From an uncultured Bacilli bacterium (GTDB lineage Bacteria > Bacillota_I > Bacilli_A > RF39 > UBA660), in contig CANQQV010000003.1 of the NCBI GenBank assembly GCA_947626095.1, forward strand, positions 32,001 through 96,000: a DNA stretch of 64,000 bases, read 5' to 3'. Both the position numbers and the translations under genes were made by a program. Shown here piece by piece: positions 1 to 10,380 of the stretch. How positions within the stretch are numbered: position 1 is the first letter of the stretch; every line of letters starts with the position of its first letter. Under the pieces are notes generated by a model that was given only the letters and a program-made list of their open reading frames with translations, had not been told where the DNA came from and ran no database searches.

Positions 1-49
1 CAAGCACTAATATAACTATAATACCTACTAATAACTTCTTATTTTTCAT
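1..49 (-). CDS. 5' end of a gene running off the window edge; signal/TM N-terminus (MKNKKLLVGIIVILVL...)
   Basis: ATG at 49 (minus) preceded by GGGGTG RBS-like sequence; basic then hydrophobic N-terminus; frame open to the window edge. Confidence 0.6.
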   Translation of the reverse strand, partial: MKNKKLLVGIIVILVL

Positions 50-135
50 GGTAACACCCCTTAATGCATTTTAAGTATATCGATATCTATTTTTAAAATC
101 AACCTTCCCTAACAAGGTTTACATATTTTGACAAA

Positions 136-169
136 AAATATCTTACATAATAGTCTATGTAAGATATTT
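136..169 (-). terminator. Intrinsic terminator after the sortase gene
   Basis: 14-bp inverted repeat AAATATCTTACATA/TATGTAAGATATTT ending in a T-run on minus. Confidence 0.8.
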
Positions 170-189
170 AATTAAATTGTAATATTTAC

Positions 190-1362
190 TTAACTAATTT
201 GTTTAGCTATTAATACAAAACGTTTATTTTTGTATTTGCTATATTTTGAATGATATGTACAAGTTTGAACAACTAAGATTTTATCACTAGAAGATACTTC
301 AGTACCAAAATCATACCATGAATTATCTTTTAATTGTTTAATATGGTTAGCCCAATCTGCATCTGAATCAAAGTTAACATTCATATATGAAAAATTATGT
401 AATTCATCAGCATCAATATAAACAGAGAATATTTCAAAAGTACGTACTTGTGTCTTAGTTGTAACTTTAATTATACGATTTTTCTTCGCAAAATCTTCAG
501 TGTAATATTTTTCAAGTTTCTTAAAAGGTGGATTTAAATTTGGTGAATTATGACCAAAAATCAAAATTTTTGGTGAATTATCAATATTAACACGATAATC
601 TAAGAAAGTAGAACCAATAACATTTTTCTTTTTATTTATATCATGATTTAAATAATAACTATTATTTGTTGATTGAAGAACTGGTTCTTTTAAATCTAAA
701 CCAGGAAATTCAATTAAACCAACGACATCTGGATTTTCATAATCATCAGAAAAATCTTCTGGAACTTCTGGTTCTGGTGTTGGTTCCTCAACCTTAGTTT
801 CTGTTTGTTCTTCTGTTTTATTACTTGTTTCTTCTACTTTATCAGATTTGTGGAAGGTAGTTGCTACTAAAAATAAAGTAATCGTAATAACAACTAATAT
901 AAGAATTATAATTAATGGTTTTTCTTTTAAACGTAACTTTTTCTTTTTAGCATGCTTACTTTCTTGAACAGGAGGAACTTGCTTTTCAGCTTTTCCTTCT
1001 ACTTTTTTTTCAGCTTCCTTTTTTACTTCATTTTCTTTTTTAGTCTCAACTTTATCTTCAACCTTGTTTGGTGTTACTTTATCTAAACCTTTTTCAATTA
1101 CTTGTTCTTCAACTCTTTCAGCTGTTCTATCTACTCTTTTGCCAATAGATTTTTCACTAGGTTTCTCAGATGTTACTTTTCTACTATTTTCAATTGGTTT
1201 ATTCGTTATTCTTTCAAGCTCTCTATCTACTCTTTTTTCACTGGTTTTATTCGCTTGTCTTTGAACAGGTCTATCTACACGTCTATCAGTTCTTTTAGTA
1301 GTTGTTCGACTAGACCTACTAGATCTACTAGATCTACTTACTTCTTTCCCCATTTCCTTCAT
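190..1362 (-). CDS. srtB: Class B sortase with long low-complexity N-terminal extension
   Basis: PVLQSTNNSYYLNHD, G..FLDYR, IFGHN (His), LVVQTC (Cys), RFVL (Arg); TM helix at about aa 150-170. Confidence 0.88.
   Translation of the reverse strand: MKEMGKEVSRSSRSSRSSRTTTKRTDRRVDRPVQRQANKTSEKRVDRELERITNKPIENSRKVTSEKPSEKSIGKRVDRTAERVEEQVIEKGLDKVTPNKVEDKVETKKENEVKKEAEKKVEGKAEKQVPPVQESKHAKKKKLRLKEKPLIIILILVVITITLFLVATTFHKSDKVEETSNKTEEQTETKVEEPTPEPEVPEDFSDDYENPDVVGLIEFPGLDLKEPVLQSTNNSYYLNHDINKKKNVIGSTFLDYRVNIDNSPKILIFGHNSPNLNPPFKKLEKYYTEDFAKKNRIIKVTTKTQVRTFEIFSVYIDADELHNFSYMNVNFDSDADWANHIKQLKDNSWYDFGTEVSSSDKILVVQTCTYHSKYSKYKNKRFVLIAKQIS
1309..1338. repeat. About 3 copies of a 9-bp tandem repeat (ACTAGATCT) encoding SRS repeats in the sortase N-terminus
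   Basis: actagacct-actagatct-actagatct-act; protein SRSSRSSRSSR. Confidence 0.8.
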
Positions 1363-1420
1363 CCTTCTTTCAATAATATGTTACTTTATTGTCTAAAATA
1401 AGTCAAGATAATAATTAAAA

Positions 1421-1924
1421 TTAAATAACTGAGATATAATTTAAATTAAACATTAATTCTAAGTCTAAAGCTTCATAAACTTTTTCTTTTTGCACTGGGT
1501 AATAAATACGGACTTTAATTTTTTTCTTTTCGCCCGCTTTGAGTAAATCATCTTTTTGAATAATTTTATCATCTAAATAAGTTAAAGAATAATCTAAGAT
1601 TTTTTTGTCATTTTTAACATCGAGATTAATCTCCCCAATCTTAGCATCTAAAGTTCCATTATTAACAACATCTAAAGTAAATTCATAAAATTCCGTTTCT
1701 TTATCAAATTGAACTTGTAAAGAAATTGCATTATCATTTAAAGATATTGTTCCATCCTCACTACCTTTTGTTACTTCTAAATTAGTAAAATTAATATTCC
1801 ACATATATGATGAATCAAACTTTTGCTCTCTAATCGTATGAATAAAATTAATTGTTAAAAGACTAAAAATAAAAATAACAGTTAAAATAATCATACCTTC
1901 TAAAATATGGATTTGTTTTTTCAT
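1421..1924 (-). CDS. Membrane-anchored/secreted beta-rich protein (loosely TasA/Ig-like)
   Basis: N-terminal TM; YEFTLDVVNNGTLDAKI and LKAGEKKKIKVRIYY motifs; start moved to ATG 1924 after GAGTGA. Confidence 0.55.
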   Translation of the reverse strand: MKKQIHILEGMIILTVIFIFSLLTINFIHTIREQKFDSSYMWNINFTNLEVTKGSEDGTISLNDNAISLQVQFDKETEFYEFTLDVVNNGTLDAKIGEINLDVKNDKKILDYSLTYLDDKIIQKDDLLKAGEKKKIKVRIYYPVQKEKVYEALDLELMFNLNYISVI

Positions 1925-2001
1925 ATCAATCACTCTTGGTTAACTATTATACTAAAAATATTAAAATATACAAAGTTATTTTTTACCAAGAAAAAAAGAT
2001 T

Positions 2002-2775
2002 TTATTCAAATCTTTTAATTCTTAATCTTAAACTAATAATTAATAAACCTGATAATATTACAAGAAGAATTACTGCTGGCATCAATTTATCAGATGTTGT
2101 TGGATTCTTCTTATCCTCTCCTGGATCTTGTGATGTCGTTGGTTTTTCAGGTTCTGTAGGAGTTTCTGGAGTAACTGGTTCACTTGGAGTAACTGGTTCT
2201 TCTGGTTTAGTAGGTTCCACTGGTGTTACAGATTCTGATACATCATTTGCTATATTATTAAAAGTTAAAACACCATCTTTCGTAATAACCCCAGATATTA
2301 CCTTTTTATTTTCAGCACCAATATATGTTTTATAACCATCAACTTCCTCTTGCGTAATTGTATAACTAGCATTCACTGGAACATCTGTAAATTTCACTGT
2401 TTCATTACTATTTAATGTCAATGTAGTCTCCCCATTAGCACTAAAAACCTGATAACTACTTGTTCCATCTGCTTTTATATATTTATGTGCTCCACTCATT
2501 TTATCTATTTTAATTGTATAAGTATAAGTATTTTTTTTCTTATCACTTTGTTTATTAGAAAGAGTTAAATTTGTATAAGAAATAGGCTCTTCTTCCATGT
2601 AAGTTTCAATTTCTATATCATCAACATTTAAGCCATTAGAAACAGTACCATCATCAATCATCTGTAAATACTCAACACTCTCTAAACTTCTATTCATATA
2701 GAAATCAGCTACTACAAGTGTTATAGTGAGTAAAATAACAATTGCATAAACGAGTTTTCTATCCATAGCTTTCAC
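2002..2775 (-). CDS. Cell-wall-anchored surface protein, probable SrtB substrate
   Basis: Signal peptide; Ig-like segment (YTITQEEVDGY...LTFNN); Pro/Glu/Thr linker; NPTTSD motif, hydrophobic helix and basic tail RLRIKR. Confidence 0.75.
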   Translation of the reverse strand: MKAMDRKLVYAIVILLTITLVVADFYMNRSLESVEYLQMIDDGTVSNGLNVDDIEIETYMEEEPISYTNLTLSNKQSDKKKNTYTYTIKIDKMSGAHKYIKADGTSSYQVFSANGETTLTLNSNETVKFTDVPVNASYTITQEEVDGYKTYIGAENKKVISGVITKDGVLTFNNIANDVSESVTPVEPTKPEEPVTPSEPVTPETPTEPEKPTTSQDPGEDKKNPTTSDKLMPAVILLVILSGLLIISLRLRIKRFE

Positions 2776-2860
2776 TACTTTCTACTATATATATTATATA
2801 ATCTTTATAAATTAATAGCAATCTTATTTTTAGTATCGACCATATTTACTTTACTATACA

Positions 2861-2886
2861 AAAAAAGAATATACAATGTATATTCT
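2861..2886 (-). terminator. Intrinsic terminator after the ABC transporter gene
   Basis: AGAATATACA-A-TGTATATTCT hairpin followed by a T-run on minus. Confidence 0.7.
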
Positions 2887-5437
2887 ATTCTGTTCTTAAA
2901 GCTACAACTGGATCTTTCTTAGAAGCAATCTTCGCTGGTATAAAGCCGGCTAATACTGTAAGTAACACACTTATAATAATTAAGATAATTGCTCCATCAA
3001 CTGGTAACTTAGCAATATTACTAATATTTACAATATTCTTAATAATAATATTAATTGGAATATTAAGTAAAACAGTTACTACAATACCTAAAACACCAGC
3101 TGTTAAACCTTCAATTAACGTCTCAGCATTAAATACTCTCGAAACATCTTTCTTAGAAGCACCTATTGCTCTTAAAATACCTATTTCTTTAGTTCTTTCA
3201 ATAACTGAAATATATGTAATAATCGCAATCATTATTGAAGATACAACTAAACTAATTGCTACAAAGGCGATTAAAACACTACTAATAACATTAACAATAG
3301 TTGACACTGAACTCATCATAACTCCAACTAAATCAGTATAAGTTAATTGATCTTCTTCCTTTTTACCTTCATTATATTCATCAATTATCTTAACTATTTC
3401 TTCTTTAGCATCAAAATCTTTAGGATAAATAGATATCGTATCAGGATCATCTAAATCAGCAATCCCTAACTTAGTTAAATTCTCTTCATAACTTGAAGTC
3501 ATATTTTCTGTTATATTTTTAATATATTCCATTTGTTCAGCTTCAGATAGTTTTTGGAATGCTGCATATTGTTCTTTAGTAAATGAAGTTGGATCAAATT
3601 TATTATTCGTTGTAAATTCTTGACCTGTAAAGATATTTATCTCGGGATTTTCTAATTGCTCTTTAGTTATTTTTTCTTCATTAATCGTCTTAATTAAGTG
3701 TTCCATTAGTTCATGTGTATAACCAACCATACCAGGAGTTCCACTGCCTGTAATTGCTTCTTCATTTGGTTTAATAATACCTACTATTTTTATTTCTTCA
3801 GCATCTTTTAATTTTTTCTTCATGTAGTCCTCATCTGAAGAACGATCAACCCATAAGCTACCTACTTTTTCATAGTAATCAGTATTTAATAATAGTTTAA
3901 AAGAGGTATTAAGTAATTCTTCTGTTGTATATGAATGTTCATCAAACTTAACTTTTTTACCTGTTGTCATATTCGTAAATTGTTCTTTTAAGTCATCTTG
4001 TTCTAATAGACCTAAACTATATAATGTATAATCAGATATTTCATTATTATCATTTACTTGTAATACAACTTCATTATATTTTTCTGGCCAACGACCATCA
4101 ACTAAATCATATTGTTGTTTTAACAAATCTTCATTATCAATTAATTCATAGAACACATCATATGAAGACATATAAGTACTATAAACACTAGACATTCCTG
4201 ATGTTCCCATACCTAAAGTATCAAAAACTGTTGTTGGATTGATTTGAACTACTCGATCTGGATCATTTTTATATAAATTCATTGTTACATTATATGAATA
4301 TCTAATTGATGTAACATAATCATTGATATTAGTCTTATCACTTTCTAAATACTCTTTAAAAGCCTTTAAATCATTTCTATCTACTTCTTGTGATAATGTT
4401 GTAAATAAATCACCCATTATATTTAGGGAATGTATTTTATCATCATCATAAGCTTTACGTTCTTGATTACCAGACATATTAATAATTAATGATGACATAT
4501 CCACTGATTCTTTTTCTATCGTTAACGGATAAGAACTTAAAGTTTCTTCTTCCGTTTTATTTATATATTCTTGAATACCATGTGATAACGATAAAATTAA
4601 AGCAATTCCTATAATACCTATTGAACCAGCAAATGCTGTTAAAATTGTACGTCCTTTTTTTGTCATTAAGTTATTCAAACTTAAAGATAAAGCTGTTAAG
4701 AAACTCATTTGCGTCTTTTTACTTTTATTAGTTTTTTCAATTAGTACTTCATCTTTACCATCAAATGGATTAGAATCATCAATAATCTCTCCATCTAATA
4801 ACTTAACAATTCTAGTTGAATAATTAACTGCTAATTCTGGATTATGAGTTACCATAATAACTAATTTATCTTTAGCTATTTCTTTAAGTAAATCTAAAAC
4901 TTGTAAACTTGTCTCAGAATCTAATGCTCCTGTTGGTTCATCAGCCAATAAAATATCTGGATCATTAACTAAGGCACGAGCAATAGCAATTCTCTGCATT
5001 TGACCACCACTCATTTGATTAGGTCTTTTATGCATTTGCTTTTCCAAACCGACTTTTTTCAAAACCGCAATACTTCTTTTTCTTCTTTCTTCTTTACCTA
5101 TACCTGATAAAGTTAAAGCTAATTCAACGTTTTGTAAAGCCGTTTGATGTGGTATTAAATTATAACTTTGAAAAACAAAGCCAACACGATGATTACGATA
5201 AGTATCCCAATCACGATCAGTAAAGTCTTTAGTTGAAACATCATTAATGATTAAATCTCCACTAGTATACTCATCTAAACCACCAACAATATTAAGTAAA
5301 GTTGTTTTACCACTACCACTTTGACCTAAAATAGAAACAAATTCACTACGACGAAATTTAATATCTATTTTATTTAAAGCTTTCTGATTAGTACCAGCTA
5401 CTTCATAAACTTTCGTAATCTTTTTTAATTCTAACAT
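2885..5437 (-). CDS. MacB-like fused ABC transporter ATP-binding protein/FtsX permease
   Basis: Walker A GQSGSGKTT, signature MSGGQ, ILLADEPT; C-terminal FtsX motif ERTKEIGILRAIGA. Confidence 0.92.
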   Translation of the reverse strand: MLELKKITKVYEVAGTNQKALNKIDIKFRRSEFVSILGQSGSGKTTLLNIVGGLDEYTSGDLIINDVSTKDFTDRDWDTYRNHRVGFVFQSYNLIPHQTALQNVELALTLSGIGKEERRKRSIAVLKKVGLEKQMHKRPNQMSGGQMQRIAIARALVNDPDILLADEPTGALDSETSLQVLDLLKEIAKDKLVIMVTHNPELAVNYSTRIVKLLDGEIIDDSNPFDGKDEVLIEKTNKSKKTQMSFLTALSLSLNNLMTKKGRTILTAFAGSIGIIGIALILSLSHGIQEYINKTEEETLSSYPLTIEKESVDMSSLIINMSGNQERKAYDDDKIHSLNIMGDLFTTLSQEVDRNDLKAFKEYLESDKTNINDYVTSIRYSYNVTMNLYKNDPDRVVQINPTTVFDTLGMGTSGMSSVYSTYMSSYDVFYELIDNEDLLKQQYDLVDGRWPEKYNEVVLQVNDNNEISDYTLYSLGLLEQDDLKEQFTNMTTGKKVKFDEHSYTTEELLNTSFKLLLNTDYYEKVGSLWVDRSSDEDYMKKKLKDAEEIKIVGIIKPNEEAITGSGTPGMVGYTHELMEHLIKTINEEKITKEQLENPEINIFTGQEFTTNNKFDPTSFTKEQYAAFQKLSEAEQMEYIKNITENMTSSYEENLTKLGIADLDDPDTISIYPKDFDAKEEIVKIIDEYNEGKKEEDQLTYTDLVGVMMSSVSTIVNVISSVLIAFVAISLVVSSIMIAIITYISVIERTKEIGILRAIGASKKDVSRVFNAETLIEGLTAGVLGIVVTVLLNIPINIIIKNIVNISNIAKLPVDGAIILIIISVLLTVLAGFIPAKIASKKDPVVALRTE

Positions 5438-5488
5438 CGTATCACTCTTTCTTTTAATCAAGTTACTTTATATTATAATATAAAATCT

Positions 5489-6904
5489 TTATTTTTTTAA
5501 CCTTAAATTCGTAAATAAGACAATAATTGGGAATATTTCTAAGCGTCCTAATAACATTCCTATACTTAATGTTATTTTAGATAAGGAACTAAAACTATAA
5601 AAATCACTAATATTAAAGCATAAACCAACGTTAGCAAAGGTTGCAGCTACTGCATTAATCGTTGTCTCTAAATCAAAGCCATCAAAGCTTACAATAAACA
5701 TTATGCCTAAAATAAGAAGAAAATACAAAAACATAAATGTACAAGTATTCTTGATTGTATCTTCATCAACCTTTTTATCTTCATATGTAATCGTATAAAC
5801 ACTATTAGGATGGACTAACTTTAAAAAATCTCTTTTAATCGTCTTAAACACGATAATTAATCTTGTTATCTTAAATCCTCCACACGTTGATCCTGCACAA
5901 GCACTAATTAACATTAAACATATTAAGATAATTCGACTAGTTGTCGGTAAAATATTAATATCGCCAATACTAAATCCCGTACTACTAATAATTGAACTAG
6001 TATGAAAAAAGATCTGGGTAAAAGCTTCAAATAAATTATTAAATAACTGATAACTATTAACTAAAATAATTAATATAGCACTGACAAAAATAATTAAATA
6101 AGTCTTTAATTCTTCACTCTTTAAAGCCGTCTTAATATTTTTCATTAAAATTAAAAAATAAATATTAAAGTTAATTCCAAATAAGAACATAAAAATAGCT
6201 ACAACATACTTATTGAATAAACTATAAGTTGCTAAACTGCTATTTAAAGGGGCAAACCCTCCAGTTCCTGCAGTTGAAAAAGCTACTAATATACTATCAA
6301 ATACGTCTAACCCACCAATCAGTAATAAAACTATTTCTATTACAGTTAAACTTAAATATATAAAATATAAATAAAACAAAGTCTTTTTTAAACTAGGTAC
6401 TAATTTAGCTACACTAGGTCCAGGCATTTCTGCTTTTAAAACATGCATTGATTTATCATTACTCGATAATGGTATAATAGCCATTACAAACGCTAAAACT
6501 CCCATACCACCTAAAAAATGGGTAAAACTACGCCAAAAAAGAATACTCTTATTTAAACTTTCTACATCTCTAAATATCGTTGCTCCCGTTGTCGTAAGAC
6601 CTGATACTGCTTCAAAAAAAGCATTAACAAACGAAACATGATGCGTAATCATAAAAGGTATAGCACTTAAAAGACTAATAATAATCCATGCTAACGCCAC
6701 AATAATAAACCCATCTTTAGCATACAAATTCTTTTTCCCTATTTTTATACTATTTAACACTAATCCTAAGACTAAACTTATAAATAAAGGAACTATAAAC
6801 CCTATAATAGATTCATGATAACTAATAGCTGTTATTATCGGTACAACTAAAATAAGAGAAAAACCAATTAAAACTTTACCAATATACTTTAAAATATTCT
6901 TCAT
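5489..6904 (-). CDS. trkH: Trk potassium uptake membrane protein TrkH
   Basis: FFEAVSGLTTTGAT, STAGTGGF, CAGSTCGGFK, MLLGRLEIFP. Confidence 0.92.
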   Translation of the reverse strand: MKNILKYIGKVLIGFSLILVVPIITAISYHESIIGFIVPLFISLVLGLVLNSIKIGKKNLYAKDGFIIVALAWIIISLLSAIPFMITHHVSFVNAFFEAVSGLTTTGATIFRDVESLNKSILFWRSFTHFLGGMGVLAFVMAIIPLSSNDKSMHVLKAEMPGPSVAKLVPSLKKTLFYLYFIYLSLTVIEIVLLLIGGLDVFDSILVAFSTAGTGGFAPLNSSLATYSLFNKYVVAIFMFLFGINFNIYFLILMKNIKTALKSEELKTYLIIFVSAILIILVNSYQLFNNLFEAFTQIFFHTSSIISSTGFSIGDINILPTTSRIILICLMLISACAGSTCGGFKITRLIIVFKTIKRDFLKLVHPNSVYTITYEDKKVDEDTIKNTCTFMFLYFLLILGIMFIVSFDGFDLETTINAVAATFANVGLCFNISDFYSFSSLSKITLSIGMLLGRLEIFPIIVLFTNLRLKK

Positions 6905-6907
6905 AAG

Positions 6908-8266
6908 CTACTCCAAAATATCATTGATATCATCAACAATCGTCTCATCGCTAACAATAACTATTATCGTATCATTAAGTCTTATTTCATCATTACCATT
7001 CGGAAATATTATATTTTTACCACGTAAAATAGCTGCAATTAAAACCCCATCTTTTAATTTCAAATCTTTTAATTTACTATTTGGTCTCGTAAAATCACCT
7101 TTAATTTTATATTCTAAGATATCAAAATTATCATCTTCTAATTTATATATTGACTCTGAACTACTCTGCTCACTGTTTTGCATCGCTTTTATATATCTTA
7201 TTATTTGATTAGAAGCTATTTTATGTGGTGTAATAACAGTACTTATTTTAGCTTGTTCTACAACGCCATCTAAATCGATATGATTAACTTTTGTAATAAT
7301 CTTTGGAATATTAAGACGTGAAGCAAACATTGAATAAACGATATTTTCTTCATCGATACTATTTAACGAAATAAAAGCATCACATTTTTCTATGCCCTCT
7401 TCATATAATAAATTTTGATCAGATACATCACCATTAATTATTAAAGCCTTTGGTAATACTTCACTTAAAAATTCACAACGTTCAGGATCTATTTCAATCA
7501 ACTTAACATCTATACCCATTTCATTAAGTAAACGCGCCAAATAAATAGCTGTATTAGATCCACCACTAATCATTACTTTCTTCGTCTTAGAAGCAATTAA
7601 ATTAGCATATTTTAAGAATTCATTAATATCTTTTGGTGTCCCTGTAATATGTAATTTATCACCTTCTAATATTTTCGTATTACCTTTTGGAATAATTAAC
7701 TTATCATCTCGTTTAATCGCACAAACTATAATATTAAAATTAAGTTTCTGTGCCAGATTATGAATTGTTTGTCCCGCTAAAATACTCTTTTCTTTAACAA
7801 TTAAAGAAATCATTTCAATACGTCCCTTAAAGAACGTTGTTACATCTAAAGCACTAGGAATACTTAAAATACGGGCAATATACTCTGCTGTCATTCTCTC
7901 TGGATTAATTGACATTGAAAGACCTAATTCATCTTTTAAAATATTTATTGAACTAGCATATTCTGGTGTACGAATACGTGCAATTGTCCTTTTAGCGCCT
8001 AACTTCTTACCTAAAAGTGAACACATAACATTCTGTTCATCTTTTTCCATTACACTAATTAAAATATCACATTCAGCTACTCTAGCTTCTTCTAAGACAT
8101 TCGAGTCTAAACCATTACCAATTATATAATTAACATCTTCATTATTAATAATATCTTGCGTTTTTATAAAATTCTTATCAATTAAAGTAACTTCGTTTTC
8201 TTTAACTAAATTTTTGGCTAAATACTCACCTAATTTACCTATACCTACGATTATTATTTTCATCAT
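6908..8266 (-). CDS. trkA: Trk potassium uptake NAD-binding protein TrkA
   Basis: Two RCK_N (GIGKLG; SGGSNTA) and two RCK_C domains; adjacent to trkH. Confidence 0.92.
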   Translation of the reverse strand: MMKIIIVGIGKLGEYLAKNLVKENEVTLIDKNFIKTQDIINNEDVNYIIGNGLDSNVLEEARVAECDILISVMEKDEQNVMCSLLGKKLGAKRTIARIRTPEYASSINILKDELGLSMSINPERMTAEYIARILSIPSALDVTTFFKGRIEMISLIVKEKSILAGQTIHNLAQKLNFNIIVCAIKRDDKLIIPKGNTKILEGDKLHITGTPKDINEFLKYANLIASKTKKVMISGGSNTAIYLARLLNEMGIDVKLIEIDPERCEFLSEVLPKALIINGDVSDQNLLYEEGIEKCDAFISLNSIDEENIVYSMFASRLNIPKIITKVNHIDLDGVVEQAKISTVITPHKIASNQIIRYIKAMQNSEQSSSESIYKLEDDNFDILEYKIKGDFTRPNSKLKDLKLKDGVLIAAILRGKNIIFPNGNDEIRLNDTIIVIVSDETIVDDINDILE

Positions 8267-8357
8267 AATCACCTAATCAATTATATCATCTTTTATCTTT
8301 TTAAACACCATATTTACATTAATATGCTATAATAAATAAGGAATTGGGGATGTCATA

Positions 8358-9140
8358 ATGATTGTTACAAGAACAGAAGACGAAATAAATAAATTAAGAG
8401 AAGCTGGTAGAATTGTCGGTTTAACTCATAAATACTTACAACAATTTATCAAACCTGGTATTAGTACCAAAGAATTAGATAGACTTGCTAAAGCTTTTAT
8501 CGAAAGTAAAGGTTGTACTTGCTCATTTGAAGGCCTATATGGTTTTCCTGGTAGTATTTGTATCAGCATTAATAACGAAGTCGTTCATGGTATTCCATCT
8601 CATCGTAAATTAAAAGAAGGCGATATTGTTAAATTAGATATCGGTGCTTGTTACCAAGGATATCATGGTGACTCAGCTTGGAGTTATATAGTTGGTAAAC
8701 CAAGAAGCAAAAAAGATGAAGATTTACTAAAATGGACTGAAGAATCACTAATGAATGGTTTAAAAGCTATTCATGACGGTTGTACCACTGGTGATATTGG
8801 CCATGCTGTTTTTAAAACTGCTCGTAAATATAATTTAGGTGTTGTAAGAGAACTAGTTGGTCATGGTGTTGGTGATAAAGTTCATATGGAACCAGATGTT
8901 CCTAACTATGGTACCGAAAAAAAAGGTCCTACTCTTCACACTGGCAATGTCATTGCTGTTGAACCAATGTTAAACTTAGGCACTGCTGATATCTATATGT
9001 TAGATGATAATTGGACTATCTGTACTGATGATGATAAAAATAGTGCTCATTTTGAACACACAGTCTTAGTTACCGATGATGGATACGAAATCTTAACTAG
9101 ACGAGATGTCGAACTAGATCCAGAGGATATCGTCAAATAA
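8358..9140 (+). CDS. map: Type I methionine aminopeptidase
   Basis: CISINNEVVHGIP, DIG...GYHGDSA, GHGVG, EPM, SAHFEHT. Confidence 0.96.
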   Translation: MIVTRTEDEINKLREAGRIVGLTHKYLQQFIKPGISTKELDRLAKAFIESKGCTCSFEGLYGFPGSICISINNEVVHGIPSHRKLKEGDIVKLDIGACYQGYHGDSAWSYIVGKPRSKKDEDLLKWTEESLMNGLKAIHDGCTTGDIGHAVFKTARKYNLGVVRELVGHGVGDKVHMEPDVPNYGTEKKGPTLHTGNVIAVEPMLNLGTADIYMLDDNWTICTDDDKNSAHFEHTVLVTDDGYEILTRRDVELDPEDIVK

Positions 9141-9169
9141 AAAGATGTAAAATAATTTTTACATTTTTT
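9141..9169. terminator. Bidirectional terminator between convergent map and the sigma-factor gene
   Basis: ATGTAAAA...TTTTACAT inverted repeat flanked by A- and T-runs. Confidence 0.6.
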
Positions 9170-10304
9170 TCATTTGTTCTAAATCAACTACTTTATAATC
9201 ATTTATAATACTAGCTACTAGTTTTTCTGAAAAACCACTTAACCAAGTATAATATCTATTATTAAAAACAACTGGATATAAAGAACTTTCATTTAATTCT
9301 CTAATAATATCAGTAATATTTTCATTTTTATTTACTTTTTCATTTATCATAACTGCTAATTTATTTAGTATTTCAATAGCTTTAACTAAATCATCATTAG
9401 TCCATTTCATATTAAAATTCATATTAATAAACTCTAACATACTTGAAAATGAAAGTTGGTTCTTGATCAAATTAACTAAATAGATAAATATTTGATTTTG
9501 TAAATTAATATTTACTAATATATCTCTATTACCTTTAACTTCTCCACTCTCATAAAAAGGTCTTAATTTTCTTGCTCTAATTGGATGTCTTAAATGTTTT
9601 ATAGCTCTTGCTTCTATTCCTCTTTCTACTTCTAAAGAAACTCCTAAATCTTTAGCAACTTCTTCTCTTGTTTTAATTCCATCACCATCAAAACCGAAAC
9701 GAAGTTTTAATACTTTTTGCTCTTCTTCTCTTAATTCACCTATAATTGAAGAAACAACTTTTTTTAACATATGATAATCAGTAATTTCCGCAAAATCTTG
9801 TTCATATCCAACTAAATTTTCATCTTCATAATCATCAATCGCTTGATAATCATCCAAAGTCATTGGCATTTCAAAACGAGGATCACTTAAATCATCAACA
9901 ACTACAGATGACTCACTAACCATTTGTTCAATCGAAGAGATTTCCTCATTATCATAATTAACCCAACGAACTCCTAGCATTTCTTTAAAATATCTTTGGA
10001 TATTGTGTTTAATTGAACGAATAGCATAAGCTGAAAATTTAAAACCCTTAGTATAATCATAATTATTTACAGCAATTACTAAACCTTCTATTCCATACAT
10101 TTTAGCTTCATCATATGGTAAAGGAACATTACTAAAATAAGTTTTAAGACACCAATCAACTAACATAATATTCTCTTCAATTATTTGTTCTCTTATTTTT
10201 TCATATTCACGATCAAACTCACTCTTATTTTTAATTTCTTCTAATCTTTTAAATTGTTCACTATAATCAGCTTGAATTAAACTATTTATTACTTCATCTG
10301 CCAT
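9159..10304 (-). CDS. Atypical RpoD-like sigma-70 family factor with C-terminal extension
   Basis: Region 2 (IEENIMLV...GIEGLVIAVNNYDYTKGFKFSAYA) and RpoD-like region 4 (LRFGFDGDGIKTREEVAKDLGVS...IEARAIKHLRHP). Confidence 0.8.
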   Translation of the reverse strand: MADEVINSLIQADYSEQFKRLEEIKNKSEFDREYEKIREQIIEENIMLVDWCLKTYFSNVPLPYDEAKMYGIEGLVIAVNNYDYTKGFKFSAYAIRSIKHNIQRYFKEMLGVRWVNYDNEEISSIEQMVSESSVVVDDLSDPRFEMPMTLDDYQAIDDYEDENLVGYEQDFAEITDYHMLKKVVSSIIGELREEEQKVLKLRFGFDGDGIKTREEVAKDLGVSLEVERGIEARAIKHLRHPIRARKLRPFYESGEVKGNRDILVNINLQNQIFIYLVNLIKNQLSFSSMLEFINMNFNMKWTNDDLVKAIEILNKLAVMINEKVNKNENITDIIRELNESSLYPVVFNNRYYTWLSGFSEKLVASIINDYKVVDLEQMKKM

Positions 10305-10380
10305 GTGAATCCCCCTTTCTTATACAACATCATCATATCATTGATTTCAAAAATAGACAAATATTACTATTAATATTTGT

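Noticed and set aside
2135-2230. Repeated GTAACTGGTTC-like units
   Set aside because: They encode the PVTP/EP linker of the sortase substrate, an ordinary cell-wall spacer.
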